DNA of 45,549 nt from positions 1 to 45,549 of the forward strand of contig JBAMLY010000003.1 in NCBI GenBank assembly GCA_039794045.1, written 5' to 3'. This DNA is from Candidatus Micrarchaeia archaeon (GTDB lineage: Archaea; Micrarchaeota; Micrarchaeia; Norongarragalinales; UBA8480). The position numbers were made by a program, and so were the translations under genes. The notes beneath the pieces were generated by a model. The model had not been told where the DNA came from. It saw only the letters and a list, made by a program, of their open reading frames with translations, and made no database searches. Of this stretch, positions 8,199 to 17,050 are shown in pieces. Within the stretch, counting starts at the first letter, position 1. Each line of letters opens with the position of its first letter.

Positions 8199-9803
8199 GT
8201 GAAACAAAACACAGAAAAAACAAAATACGTCTTCGTCACCGGAGGCGTGCTAAGCTCTCTCGGAAAAGGAATTTTCGCTTCTTCTCTGGCGCGCCTCCTC
8301 AAAGCAGGCGGCGCCAACGCATCAATAATGAAGATAGACCCTTACCTTAACTGTGACGCCGGCACGCTCAACCCCTTCGAGCACGGTGAAGTGTTCGTAA
8401 CGCGAGACGGCTTCGAATGCGACTTAGACTTAGGCAACTACGAGCGCTTCCTAGGCATTTACGCAAAAAAAGAGCAAAACATCATGATGGGCTCAGTCTA
8501 CAAAGCAATAATAGAGAAGGAAAGACACGGCGACTACTTGGGAAAAACACTTCAACTCATTCCACACGCAACGAATGAAATAAAGGAACGCATAAAAAAA
8601 GCCGCACAAGCCACCGCCGCAGACTTGCTCGTAATAGAAATCGGTGGCACAGTAGGCGACATCGAATCTGAGATAGTGCTGGAAGCAGTAAGACAAATGC
8701 GTTGCGACTTACCCCGCGAAGACACGCTCTCAATCCACCTCGCCCTCCTCCCAACCATAATCACTGGCGAGCAAAAAACAAAGCCCTTGCAACACTCAGT
8801 AAAAGCCTTGCTCTCGCGTGGCATAATGCCTGACTTGATAGTCGCTCGCTGCGATTCACCGCTATCACAGCACGCAATAGAAAAAATAAGTTTGCAGTGC
8901 AACGTGCGCCCCGAAGACGTTTTCAGTTCCCCTACAGTGAAAAACATTTACGAGCTCCCAACCCTACTCAAAAAACAAGGACTCCACAAAAACGTCGCTA
9001 GAAAGCTCGACATCGCCTTAAAGGAACCCGACCTATCTTCATGGAACGCCGCAACAAAAAACCTTGAAGCTGCACCCTTAGTCCGCGTGGCAGTAGTAGG
9101 AAAATACGCTGCAACAAAAGACGCGTACATGAGCATCTTCGAAGCAATCGCGCACGCTGCCGCAGCAAACGAAGTGCGAGCGCAAACCGAACTCGTGAAC
9201 AGCGAAGAAAACAACGCACGCTCCCTCGACGGTTTCGATGCAGTAATAGTGCCCGGCGGGTTCGGCGCTAGAGGAATAGAAGGCAAGATTACGGCAGTGA
9301 AGCACTGCAGGGAAAACAAGATTCCACTCCTCGGCATCTGCTACGGCTTTCAAATGCAAGTAATAGAAGCCGCGCGCAACATCCTCGGGTGGAGCGACGC
9401 AAACACGACTGAAGCAAGCCAGGAAACAACGCACCCAGTAATAGACTTGCTGCCCGAACAAAAAAGCATTTCAGACAAGGGCGCGACAATGAGGCTCGGC
9501 GCCAGAGAAGTGCGATTAAAGCCCGGCACGCTGGCTTACCACATCTACGGAAGCGACAACATATTAAAGCGCTTCAGGCACAGGTACGAAATGAACCCAA
9601 AATACATTAAAGCGTTAGAGAATGCAGGAATAGTTTTCTCTGGCTCGGACGCAAGAGGACAGATAATGAAAGTCCTAGAACTCCCAGGCCACCCGTTTTT
9701 CTTCGGCACGCAATTCCACCCAGAATTCGATTCAAGGCCAGACGAACCAGAACCAGCATTCCTCGCGTTACTGGAAGCCGCCAAGAAAAGAGTGAACAAA
9801 TGA
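8199..9803 (+). CDS. pyrG: CTP synthase
   Basis: VFVTGGVLSSLGKG, KIDPYLNCDAG, GFGARG, GICYG (catalytic Cys), RHRYE, QFHPEF. Confidence 0.98.
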   Translation: MKQNTEKTKYVFVTGGVLSSLGKGIFASSLARLLKAGGANASIMKIDPYLNCDAGTLNPFEHGEVFVTRDGFECDLDLGNYERFLGIYAKKEQNIMMGSVYKAIIEKERHGDYLGKTLQLIPHATNEIKERIKKAAQATAADLLVIEIGGTVGDIESEIVLEAVRQMRCDLPREDTLSIHLALLPTIITGEQKTKPLQHSVKALLSRGIMPDLIVARCDSPLSQHAIEKISLQCNVRPEDVFSSPTVKNIYELPTLLKKQGLHKNVARKLDIALKEPDLSSWNAATKNLEAAPLVRVAVVGKYAATKDAYMSIFEAIAHAAAANEVRAQTELVNSEENNARSLDGFDAVIVPGGFGARGIEGKITAVKHCRENKIPLLGICYGFQMQVIEAARNILGWSDANTTEASQETTHPVIDLLPEQKSISDKGATMRLGAREVRLKPGTLAYHIYGSDNILKRFRHRYEMNPKYIKALENAGIVFSGSDARGQIMKVLELPGHPFFFGTQFHPEFDSRPDEPEPAFLALLEAAKKRVNK

Positions 9804-10282
9804 AGACAACAATAATATTTGATGAAAGCAAGCCACTCAAGCAAGCAGCGCAAGCAATAGCCGAAGGAGCACGGAAAGCCGGCGCTGAAGCCACTCTCAC
9901 AGACTCAAGCAAAGAAAAACCTTTGGCCGCCGACTTGTATTTTGCAGGAATAGAAAAAAACGAAAGAGCAGCACAACAAGTGCAAGCACTCTTGTTTTCA
10001 GGCGCGAGCACCGCAGCCATCTTCTGCTTGGAAGGTGTGGACGCGCGCAAGACCGCAGAATTTTTTTCCTCTCAAGGCATCCGCGTAATAGACTGGATAA
10101 CATTTCACCCAAAGCGCTCCTCATTATTCGGCGAGAAAAAAATTTCCGATGAAGAAATCGTGCGCGCGCAAGCATTCGGCGAACGCGTGACCAACAAGTT
10201 CCAGCAAAAACGAGTAACGCAGCCAAGCGAAAAACACAAGATAAGCGGCTACTTCAAACCACGACAGCAAGCCTTTTATTAG
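9800..10282 (+). CDS. Flavodoxin-like fold protein (degenerate)
   Basis: MKTTIIF..AQAIAEG and RAQAFGERV resemble flavodoxin termini; phosphate-binding loop not recognisable. Confidence 0.55.
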   Translation: MKTTIIFDESKPLKQAAQAIAEGARKAGAEATLTDSSKEKPLAADLYFAGIEKNERAAQQVQALLFSGASTAAIFCLEGVDARKTAEFFSSQGIRVIDWITFHPKRSSLFGEKKISDEEIVRAQAFGERVTNKFQQKRVTQPSEKHKISGYFKPRQQAFY

Positions 10283-10302
10283 CGCGCAATATTCCTTGTT
10301 TG

Positions 10303-11055
10303 ATGGCAATGGACCGCGTTCCCACTGGAGTTTACGGGTTGGACGAACTCATTCAAGGAGGCTTCCCAAAAAAAAGAGTAATACTCGTTTCCGGAGCGTG
10401 CGGCACAGGCAAGTCAATCTTTAGCATGCAGTTCCTCTACCGCGGCGCCATAGAATACGAAGAGCCAGGCGTCTTCGTAACCTTCGACGAAATGCCTTCC
10501 AAGATAAGGCAAGACATGAGTACTTTCGGCTGGGACCTAACAGAACTAGAGAAAAACAATTACTTGGCAATAATAGACGCTACGAGCGCACGCGCTGGCA
10601 CCACTTCAGAAGAAGAGCACGCCATCCTCCCAACTCAACTAGACTTCGACCGCCTCCTCCTCGACATAGTCTCTTGCTGCAAGCAAACCGAAGCTAAACG
10701 ATTAGTCATAGACAGCATTCCCGCAATGGCGTTCCGCTTAAACAACCAAAATGAAATAAGGCAAGCAATCCTCAAGCTCGCCTACGTAGTAGCCAAAGCA
10801 GGAATCACTACTATAATGACTTCAGAAGTCCCAGAACACGGAGAAGGACTTCCCGCGCAAATCTCTAAGTACGAAGTAGAAGAATACGTTGCAGACGGCG
10901 TCATACTCCTCGACTTCATCATCGGCGGCGGCGATACAACCCGCTCCCTCTACATACGCAAAATGCGCGGCACGAAACACAGCCTTGAAATGCATCCCTT
11001 CCAAATAACAGACAAAGGAATAGTAGTCCGCAAAGTAGAAGACGTAATCAAATAA
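10303..11055 (+). CDS. KaiC/GvpD-like RecA-superfamily ATPase (single domain)
   Basis: RVPTGVYGLDELIQGG, GACGTGKS, RLVIDS, KMRGTKHS, FQITDKGI. Confidence 0.93.
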   Translation: MAMDRVPTGVYGLDELIQGGFPKKRVILVSGACGTGKSIFSMQFLYRGAIEYEEPGVFVTFDEMPSKIRQDMSTFGWDLTELEKNNYLAIIDATSARAGTTSEEEHAILPTQLDFDRLLLDIVSCCKQTEAKRLVIDSIPAMAFRLNNQNEIRQAILKLAYVVAKAGITTIMTSEVPEHGEGLPAQISKYEVEEYVADGVILLDFIIGGGDTTRSLYIRKMRGTKHSLEMHPFQITDKGIVVRKVEDVIK

Positions 11056-11779
11056 CGCGGCGCCCCCGCCCGCCACCGCAAATGCAGTTCTTTTCCCTTG
11101 AAAGCCCAACCCGCCCGAAACAGCCGTCCCCCAAGTCACCAAAAAACAGCGAGCCAGCAAAACACGGCTTCCTGCCTGCAAGCAACGCAAGCGCCTCGCT
11201 CGCCTGCACCGCAGAAGCAAGCTGCACCGCAGCCCCAACTACGCCCTCACCACAAGAAGGACTCTCCCCTCCACCCCAGCAAGCAAAACAAGGAGTCCTT
11301 CCAGGAATTATCGTTGAAGCCATCGCACGCAATCCAAGAGCAGAACAAAAAACCCACGGAATCCCCAACTCCAAGCAAGCAGAATTAATCGCTTGCCGAG
11401 CTGAAACATTGTCAGTGCAATCCAAAACAACTCGCGCGCCACGCAAGAGCGCCACAGCATTAGAGCCGTCAAGCTGAGTAAAACGCCCCCTAACACGACA
11501 CTCTGAATTAACACGCTTCAACGCAGCCGCGGCACGCAAGGCCTTCGACTTGCCAACGTCATCCTCGCAAAACAACGTTTGACGAGAAAGATTGCTTTCC
11601 TCAACCAAGTCACGGTCAACCAATTCAAGCTCGCCCACGCCCGCCCTGCACAACAACGAAGCCGAGAAAGAACCAGTGCCACCAACACCCACCACAACTG
11701 CCCTTGCGCTAGAAAAACGCTCCTGCGACCCCGCGCCGAACACTAGTTCCTGACGCGAAAAACGCGTTCCGCCAAACAT
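11048..11779 (-). CDS. MoeB/ThiF-family adenylyltransferase (E1-like, UbaA type)
   Basis: RFSRQ, GVGGTG, DRDLVEESNLSRQ, DCTDN, TPCFAC, C-terminal CICG. Confidence 0.92.
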   Translation of the reverse strand: MFGGTRFSRQELVFGAGSQERFSSARAVVVGVGGTGSFSASLLCRAGVGELELVDRDLVEESNLSRQTLFCEDDVGKSKALRAAAALKRVNSECRVRGRFTQLDGSNAVALLRGARVVLDCTDNVSARQAINSACLELGIPWVFCSALGLRAMASTIIPGRTPCFACWGGGESPSCGEGVVGAAVQLASAVQASEALALLAGRKPCFAGSLFFGDLGDGCFGRVGLSREKNCICGGGRGRRVI

Positions 11780-12192
11780 CAACTCCTTGCCCTCCTCTTG
11801 CGAGCCGCCGACTTGCCGCGCTTCCTAGACAAATAATCTTTCACCGCCAAGTGCAACGCGTCCGCCGCCAAATTAGAACAATGCATTTTAATTGGAGGCA
11901 ACCCCCCCAACGCGTCCGCCACGTCATCCCTCGAAATCTTGAGGGCTTCCTCTAAAGTCTTTCCCTTCGCTAGCTCGGTAATCATGCTACTCGTAGCAAT
12001 CGCTGACCCACAACCCATCGTCTTAAACTTTATGTCTGCAATCCTGTCATTCTTTACTTTAATGTAAACAAACATTACGTCACCACAAACAGGATTCCCC
12101 ACCCTCCCCACGCCGTCAGCGTCCTTTATTTCTCCAACATTGCGCGGGCGACGCATGTGCTCTAAAACCTTCTCTGAATAAAATTCACTCAA
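11779..12192 (-). CDS. iscU: Fe-S cluster scaffold IscU/NifU
   Basis: YSEKVLEH..PRNVG, GNPVCGD, GCGSAIA, LPPIKMHCSNLA; TTG start overlaps the iscS stop region. Confidence 0.96.
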   Translation of the reverse strand: MSEFYSEKVLEHMRRPRNVGEIKDADGVGRVGNPVCGDVMFVYIKVKNDRIADIKFKTMGCGSAIATSSMITELAKGKTLEEALKISRDDVADALGGLPPIKMHCSNLAADALHLAVKDYLSRKRGKSAARKRRARS

Positions 12193-13384
12193 CAAAACCC
12201 CCCTCGTGCTCGTCACTGAAATGATACTTACTCAAATCCTCGCCTGGAACAAAAGGAGACAACATCCTCAACGCCTCCACCACCTCAGCAACGCATTCCG
12301 CAACAAAATCTATTTGGCGCGCGTCATTGCTCCTACCAAGAGTAAAGCGAATGCTACCGTGCGCTTCCTCTGGCTTGCGCCCCATAGCCAACAAAACATG
12401 AGAAGGCTGCAACTTCTTTGAAGAACACGCAGAACCAGTTGAAACAGCTATCCCCCTCTCATCCAATCCAAGCAAGATAGCCTCGCCCTCAATCGCCGAA
12501 AAACTCACGTTAGCGTTGTTCGGCAGCCTCTGCGAACGGTGTCCATTAAGCTCGGTTCCCTCAATCCTCAAAATCCTTCCAAGCAAGCGCTCCCTCAAAT
12601 CCCTCAAACGCTTTGCCTCTCTCCTTCCCTCCCTGCGCGCGAGCTCGCACGCCTTGCCGAACCCAACTATAGCAGCAACATTTTCAGTGCCACTACGCAA
12701 ACCCCTCTCCTGACCTCCCCCGAAAACCAGTGGCTTCAACTTTACTCCCCTACGAACAAACAACGCCCCCACTCCCTTGGGCCCATAAATCTTGTGCGAA
12801 GAAAGAGAAAGCAAGTCAACACCAATTTTTTCCACGTTCAAGCTCTCCTTGCCCGCGCTCTGAACCGCATCACAGTGAAAAAGCGCACCAGCATCGTGCG
12901 CCGCCTCGCACGCTTCCTCTACAGGCTGAATCGTCCCCACCTCGTTATTAGCATGCATAACTGAAACCAGCGCCGCGCCCTTCACCAGCTTGCGCGACTC
13001 GTCTACAAGCAATATTCCATCGCGGTCCACTGGCAGCAAAACCCTTTCAAAGCCACGACGCGCCAGTTCAGCGCACGGCTCCAAAACCGCAGGATGCTCT
13101 ATAGCAGAACAAGCAACCCTCCTCCCCCTCCCAAAGTCAAAACCACCTAGTATCGCGAGATTGTCTGCCTCAGTGCCACCCCCAGTAAAAATTATTTCTT
13201 CTGGAAGAGCGCCAATCAAGGCAGCCACTTGAGAGCGAGCATGCTCGACAGCTTCGCGCGCCTCGCGACCCCAAGCGTGAATGCTTGAAGCATTACCATA
13301 CTTCACCGAGAAAAAAGGCTTCATTTCAGCCACTACTCTCTCGTCAACAGGAGTTGTAGCGGCGTGGTCAAGGTAAACCCTCAC
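12185..13384 (-). CDS. iscS: Cysteine desulfurase IscS/NifS
   Basis: YLDHAATTP, HANNEVG, SSHKIYGPKG (PLP Lys), STGSACSS; GTG start overlaps the upstream stop. Confidence 0.97.
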   Translation of the reverse strand: MRVYLDHAATTPVDERVVAEMKPFFSVKYGNASSIHAWGREAREAVEHARSQVAALIGALPEEIIFTGGGTEADNLAILGGFDFGRGRRVACSAIEHPAVLEPCAELARRGFERVLLPVDRDGILLVDESRKLVKGAALVSVMHANNEVGTIQPVEEACEAAHDAGALFHCDAVQSAGKESLNVEKIGVDLLSLSSHKIYGPKGVGALFVRRGVKLKPLVFGGGQERGLRSGTENVAAIVGFGKACELARREGRREAKRLRDLRERLLGRILRIEGTELNGHRSQRLPNNANVSFSAIEGEAILLGLDERGIAVSTGSACSSKKLQPSHVLLAMGRKPEEAHGSIRFTLGRSNDARQIDFVAECVAEVVEALRMLSPFVPGEDLSKYHFSDEHEGGFVE

Positions 13385-13710
13385 TTGCCTCCCTCTTTTT
13401 TGGCGCGCGAGCAAGCAATAAAACCAAGCCCCCCGCACGCACTACAAAAATCTATCTTGAGTTTGACTGGCTTGCCACGAGCAATGGATTTCGCGGCTTC
13501 AACGGCGAACTTCCTTATCTGACCCCTCAACTTACCTCCCACAACAGGAGTCTTCAAAGACAAGTACTTACTCACAGCCGCTTGAGTAACACCCAAAGCC
13601 GAAGCAGCCTGCGCTTGAGTAAAGCCCTCTTGCTCGACGAGAGCGCGCGCCACCTCTGCCCTCAAAACAGGCAAATACTTCTTGACGTAAAGCTCGCAAG
13701 GAAGATACAC
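13381..13710 (-). CDS. XRE-type HTH transcriptional regulator (COG2522-like, related to the ThiR N-terminal domain) with extra cysteines
   Basis: LPCE..LPVLRAEVARAL..TQAQAASALGVTQAAVSKYL; C-terminal CSAC..C. Confidence 0.85.
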   Translation of the reverse strand: MYLPCELYVKKYLPVLRAEVARALVEQEGFTQAQAASALGVTQAAVSKYLSLKTPVVGGKLRGQIRKFAVEAAKSIARGKPVKLKIDFCSACGGLGFIACSRAKKEGGK

Positions 13711-13723
13711 TCAACACACCAAA

Positions 13724-13738
13724 TATAACTGGGTTATA
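13724..13738. promoter_or_regulatory. Palindromic operator candidate TATAAC-TGG-GTTATA upstream of the HTH-iscS-iscU-moeB operon
   Basis: Perfect 6-bp inverted repeat 14-28 bp upstream of the start codon. Confidence 0.6.
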
Positions 13739-13798
13739 ATAAAGCTGTTGTGGTCAAGGCTCTATTTAAGCGTTTTGGGCAAGAAAAAAAAGAATTAA

Positions 13799-13869
13799 AG
13801 CGGGGTGAGGGAGTCGCGCCCTCCTATTCCGCTCTGCAGGCGGATGCATAGCTGCTCTGCCAACCCCGC
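13799..13869 (-). tRNA. tRNA-Cys (GCA)
   Basis: Acceptor GCGGGGT/ACCCCGC, anticodon arm TCCGC-CTGCAGA-GCGGA, T arm GAGGG-CGCGACT-CCCTC, discriminator U. Confidence 0.9.
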
Positions 13870-13884
13870 AAAAAAAGCAAGAAA

Positions 13885-14700
13885 TTATTGGCGTCGCAAT
13901 TTATATTTCTTGGCGGAACCGCGCTCTCTCTTGGGTTGAAAGCCGAACAAATCCAAAAGCCAGTCGCCTACTTCATTCAATTCTTTGACGCCGCCCTTGA
14001 ACTGCTTCCGCTTGAACAAGTAAACATAAGCGCCGCCAACAACTGCGCCGACAACGTGGACTGAGTAGTCTGTCGGCGTCTCGCTCTCGCGCTTTCTCCC
14101 ACTCTCAATTAAACTCTTGTCACGCGAAACTCCTTGAAGTGCTTCGCTCGCCTTTGCCGCTTCAGCGGTCTTGTTTTGAGCCAGCAACTCTTGAACTTGT
14201 TGGCTTAACTGTTTTTCCTTCAACTGAAGTTCTTTCTGCTGCAATTCAACGAGTATGCCGGCAAGCGGAAACAATGCCGCCACAACCAACGGCGAAGCAA
14301 CCAGCGCCGCAACAGCGTACTTGGGGCGAAGCAGTACTGCAGCGCCAATCAAACCAGAAATTCCCGCGCTCGCCCCCACCAAGAATATGGATGGATTGAA
14401 TAACGCGAACAAGCCAGCCGCAACAACTCCCGCGCCAAAGAAAACAACTCCAACTTCAACTGGCTTGAGCCGCGTCTCAACAACTACACCGAAAGCGAAC
14501 AAAGGAACCAGGTTGCCTATCAAGTGCAGCAAGCCAGTGTGCGAAAACAAGTGAGAAACAATGCCCCAAGGCTGTCCAGCCAACTGCATTGCCGTCGCCT
14601 CGAACTCAACACTAGGAATGTATAGCCTCCCACCAGAAAAAAAGAAGTAAGCAGTAGCCACTGCAGCGCACAATAGAATAGTTCCGAAAGGAAAACGCAT
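13885..14700 (-). CDS. Rhomboid-family intramembrane serine protease with a coiled-coil insertion
   Basis: HLFSH..HLIGN, VGASAG (catalytic Ser), SVHVVGAVVG (catalytic His). Confidence 0.9.
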   Translation of the reverse strand: MRFPFGTILLCAAVATAYFFFSGGRLYIPSVEFEATAMQLAGQPWGIVSHLFSHTGLLHLIGNLVPLFAFGVVVETRLKPVEVGVVFFGAGVVAAGLFALFNPSIFLVGASAGISGLIGAAVLLRPKYAVAALVASPLVVAALFPLAGILVELQQKELQLKEKQLSQQVQELLAQNKTAEAAKASEALQGVSRDKSLIESGRKRESETPTDYSVHVVGAVVGGAYVYLFKRKQFKGGVKELNEVGDWLLDLFGFQPKRERGSAKKYKLRRQ

Positions 14701-14918
14701 GCAACAAAATATGTTGCCACAATAAAAAAGCTTGCGAGGCAAACCCACGGCTAGAACAACAAAAACGAACCGGACGCCAGAAAATAATTAGACCGACCAC
14801 GTCGGTGTTGCGTCCAGTTCAACCCACCTTCACAGAATCCGCACTTAATACTAAGAAAAAAGAGTATTTAAATGTAATCGCCTTAAAAAAGGCGCTTCCA
14901 CCACCTAAAAAAGGCGAG

Positions 14919-15038
14919 CGGGCTCGGTGGGACTCACGCAACCTTTTTCCTTTTCTTTCCAGTAAAAAAAGAGGTTGTTTCGAACCCACGACCCATCGGT
15001 TAAGAGCCGATTGCTCTGCCAAGCTGAGCTACGAGCCC
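14919..15038 (-). tRNA. tRNA-Lys (CUU) with a 46-nt intron (14933-14978) at non-canonical position 59/60
   Basis: GGGCTCG/CGAGCCC acceptor, ATCGG-CTCTTAA-CCGAT anticodon arm; removing the intron restores GTGGG-TTCGAAT-CCCAC; relaxed BHB motif at the junctions. Confidence 0.9.
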
Positions 15039-15098
15039 GCCTAACAAGTCTTGTTAAAATAATTAGTGATAGAATTAATAACTTTTGAGGTGTGGCTC

Positions 15099-15626
15099 GT
15101 GCTAATAGTACTTAGGCTTGGGCACAGGAAGCAAAGGGACAAAAGGGTTTCCACGCACGTTGGGTTGGTGGCGCGAGCCTTCGGCGCTAGCAAAATAATT
15201 TATTGCGGTGAGCGAGACGACGCATTGCTTGAAAGTCTTGAAAAAGTAGCGGCGCAGTGGGGTGGAAAATTTAAGGCAGTTTATTCAGCGAATGCCTTGA
15301 AAGAGTTGAAGAAATTGAAGCAAAAAGGCTTCAAAGTAGTTCACTTAACCATGTATGGCTTGCCTTTCCAGGAAAAATTGGGTGAGGCAAGAAAAGCAAA
15401 AAAAATAGTTGTAGTAGTGGGCGCAGAAAAAGTTCCAAGAGAATTTTACTTTGAAAGCAACTGGAATTTGAGTGTTGGAAGACAGCCACACTCAGAAGTT
15501 GCTGCCCTGGCAGTGTTTCTTTACTCTCTGAATCCAAGGGCACTAGAGAAAGAGTTCTCGAAAGCAAGAAAAAAAATTGTTCCCTGCGAGCGCGGAAAGA
15601 AAGTAGAGCACCTAAATAACGCTTAA
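15099..15626 (+). CDS. trm56: tRNA (cytidine(56)-2'-O)-methyltransferase
   Basis: LRLGHRKQRDKRVSTHVGLVARAFGA, VHLTMYG, VGAEKVP, QPHSEVAALA; GAGGTG SD before GTG. Confidence 0.96.
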   Translation: MLIVLRLGHRKQRDKRVSTHVGLVARAFGASKIIYCGERDDALLESLEKVAAQWGGKFKAVYSANALKELKKLKQKGFKVVHLTMYGLPFQEKLGEARKAKKIVVVVGAEKVPREFYFESNWNLSVGRQPHSEVAALAVFLYSLNPRALEKEFSKARKKIVPCERGKKVEHLNNA

Positions 15627-15652
15627 ATAGGTTTCTACGAATTATTAGCTAT

Positions 15653-16354
15653 ATGAAGCCCGCCACCAAAACCGCGAAAAAAAAAGTTTTGAGTCTACCC
15701 TCAAAACAAAAAAACGAAGCGCCGCGCGATAGCGAACTCGAACTCCTTTCTCCTTATATTGCCGAAGTTGCCGGCGTGCAAGGACTCAAAATAATTAAGA
15801 GCATTGGAGACGGCGCAACAGATGAAGTAATAGAAAAAAATACTGGATTGAAGATAGCAGAAATACGCTCTATACTAAATCACTTACACAGTTATGGCAT
15901 AGTAGAATACACGCGCGAAAAAAACTTAACTACGGGTTGGTTTACTTACACTTGGAGAGTAAATGCGAATCGCGCGCTTCAAAACTTTATTTATACAAAA
16001 CAAAAAGAGTATTCTTCTCTTAAAGCAAGGCTTTCAAGCGAGGAAAACTCGTTGATTTTTGCATGCAAAAACAACTGCAAGCAATATAATTTCGATGAAG
16101 CAGTTGAAAACAAGTTTAAGTGCCAGTCATGCAATGGTTCGCTTAAAGAATTAGACCGCACCACAGAACTAGCTAAACTAGAACAAAAAATAATTGCTTT
16201 AAACAAGATAAGCGAAATGATTGCTTCAAACAAGAAAATAATTTCGGGCAGTCCTTCTTCAGGCGTAGCGGCAACCCAGAAACTCTTAAAGAAAATAATA
16301 GAACCAAAAAATTATTCCAAACACTTTTACAACACATCCTCCAAACAATTTTAA
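15653..16354 (+). CDS. tfe: Transcription factor E (TFE/TFIIE-alpha)
   Basis: wHTH with TDEVI..EIRSILNHL..YTREKNLTTGWFTYTW; Zn ribbon CKNNC..FDEAVENKFKCQSC. Confidence 0.92.
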   Translation: MKPATKTAKKKVLSLPSKQKNEAPRDSELELLSPYIAEVAGVQGLKIIKSIGDGATDEVIEKNTGLKIAEIRSILNHLHSYGIVEYTREKNLTTGWFTYTWRVNANRALQNFIYTKQKEYSSLKARLSSEENSLIFACKNNCKQYNFDEAVENKFKCQSCNGSLKELDRTTELAKLEQKIIALNKISEMIASNKKIISGSPSSGVAATQKLLKKIIEPKNYSKHFYNTSSKQF

Positions 16355-16392
16355 TTTAGTATCACGAGAATTACTCTCAAATCAATTACTAA

Positions 16393-16467
16393 AGCGAGGT
16401 AGGGTAGCCAGGAGTGCCCGCTGGGCTCATAACCCGGAGATCGGTGGTTCAAATCCACCCCTCGCTA
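16393..16467 (+). tRNA. Initiator tRNA-Met (CAU)
   Basis: A1-U72 pair, three consecutive G-C pairs in the anticodon stem, CTCATAA loop, GGTTCAAATCC. Confidence 0.95.
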
Positions 16468-16518
16468 TAAATCTTTAGACAGGGACCCCTTTCTTCCACT
16501 AATAATTAAGTGATTTGA

Positions 16519-16929
16519 TTGGAGTTAAAAGAAAAAAACAAGAGAAGTGGAAAAACAAAAGAACATTATTTGAAACAAAAAAACCAGTGTTTTTCTTACT
16601 TTAAAGTAAATAAAGAAGATTTAAAGAAAATAAGTGAAAGTAAGTTCACAATATATGACTTTATAAACAATAGTTTTTCTTTTTCTTCAACAAAAAAAGA
16701 ACTCACTATAAATTTGTTAGAACAATTAAAAAAACAACCAAGAAGCTTCAAAGAATTAGTTTTATTATTAAATGCTAAAAAGAGCACTCTTTACTTTTTA
16801 TGCGTTGCACTTGAAAGGTCTGGTTTGATAGAGAAAAGAATTGAAGACTCTAAATATTTATTATCTCAAAATTTTTCTGATTCTCTTCACGCTTACGCTG
16901 ATTGGTGGAAAAAATGGGTTTCACTCTAA
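16519..16929 (+). CDS. Small AT-rich winged-helix protein
   Basis: SFKELVLLLNAKKSTLYFLCVALERSGLIEK..YLLS wHTH pattern; start uncertain. Confidence 0.6.
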   Translation: MELKEKNKRSGKTKEHYLKQKNQCFSYFKVNKEDLKKISESKFTIYDFINNSFSFSSTKKELTINLLEQLKKQPRSFKELVLLLNAKKSTLYFLCVALERSGLIEKRIEDSKYLLSQNFSDSLHAYADWWKKWVSL

Positions 16930-17050
16930 ATTAATAGTGGAAGTGAGGAGGGAGGGGCTTTAGTTAATTGGTTGTCTGCTTAATGAATACTTTAAATATT
17001 TAGTTTGTTATTTGTATTGTTCTTAGTTTCTAGTTGTTTTGGTGGTCGTC

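Noticed and set aside
10303..11055. Circadian KaiC clock
   Set aside because: Single domain, no kaiA or kaiB, no ST phosphosite motif; a common archaeal family
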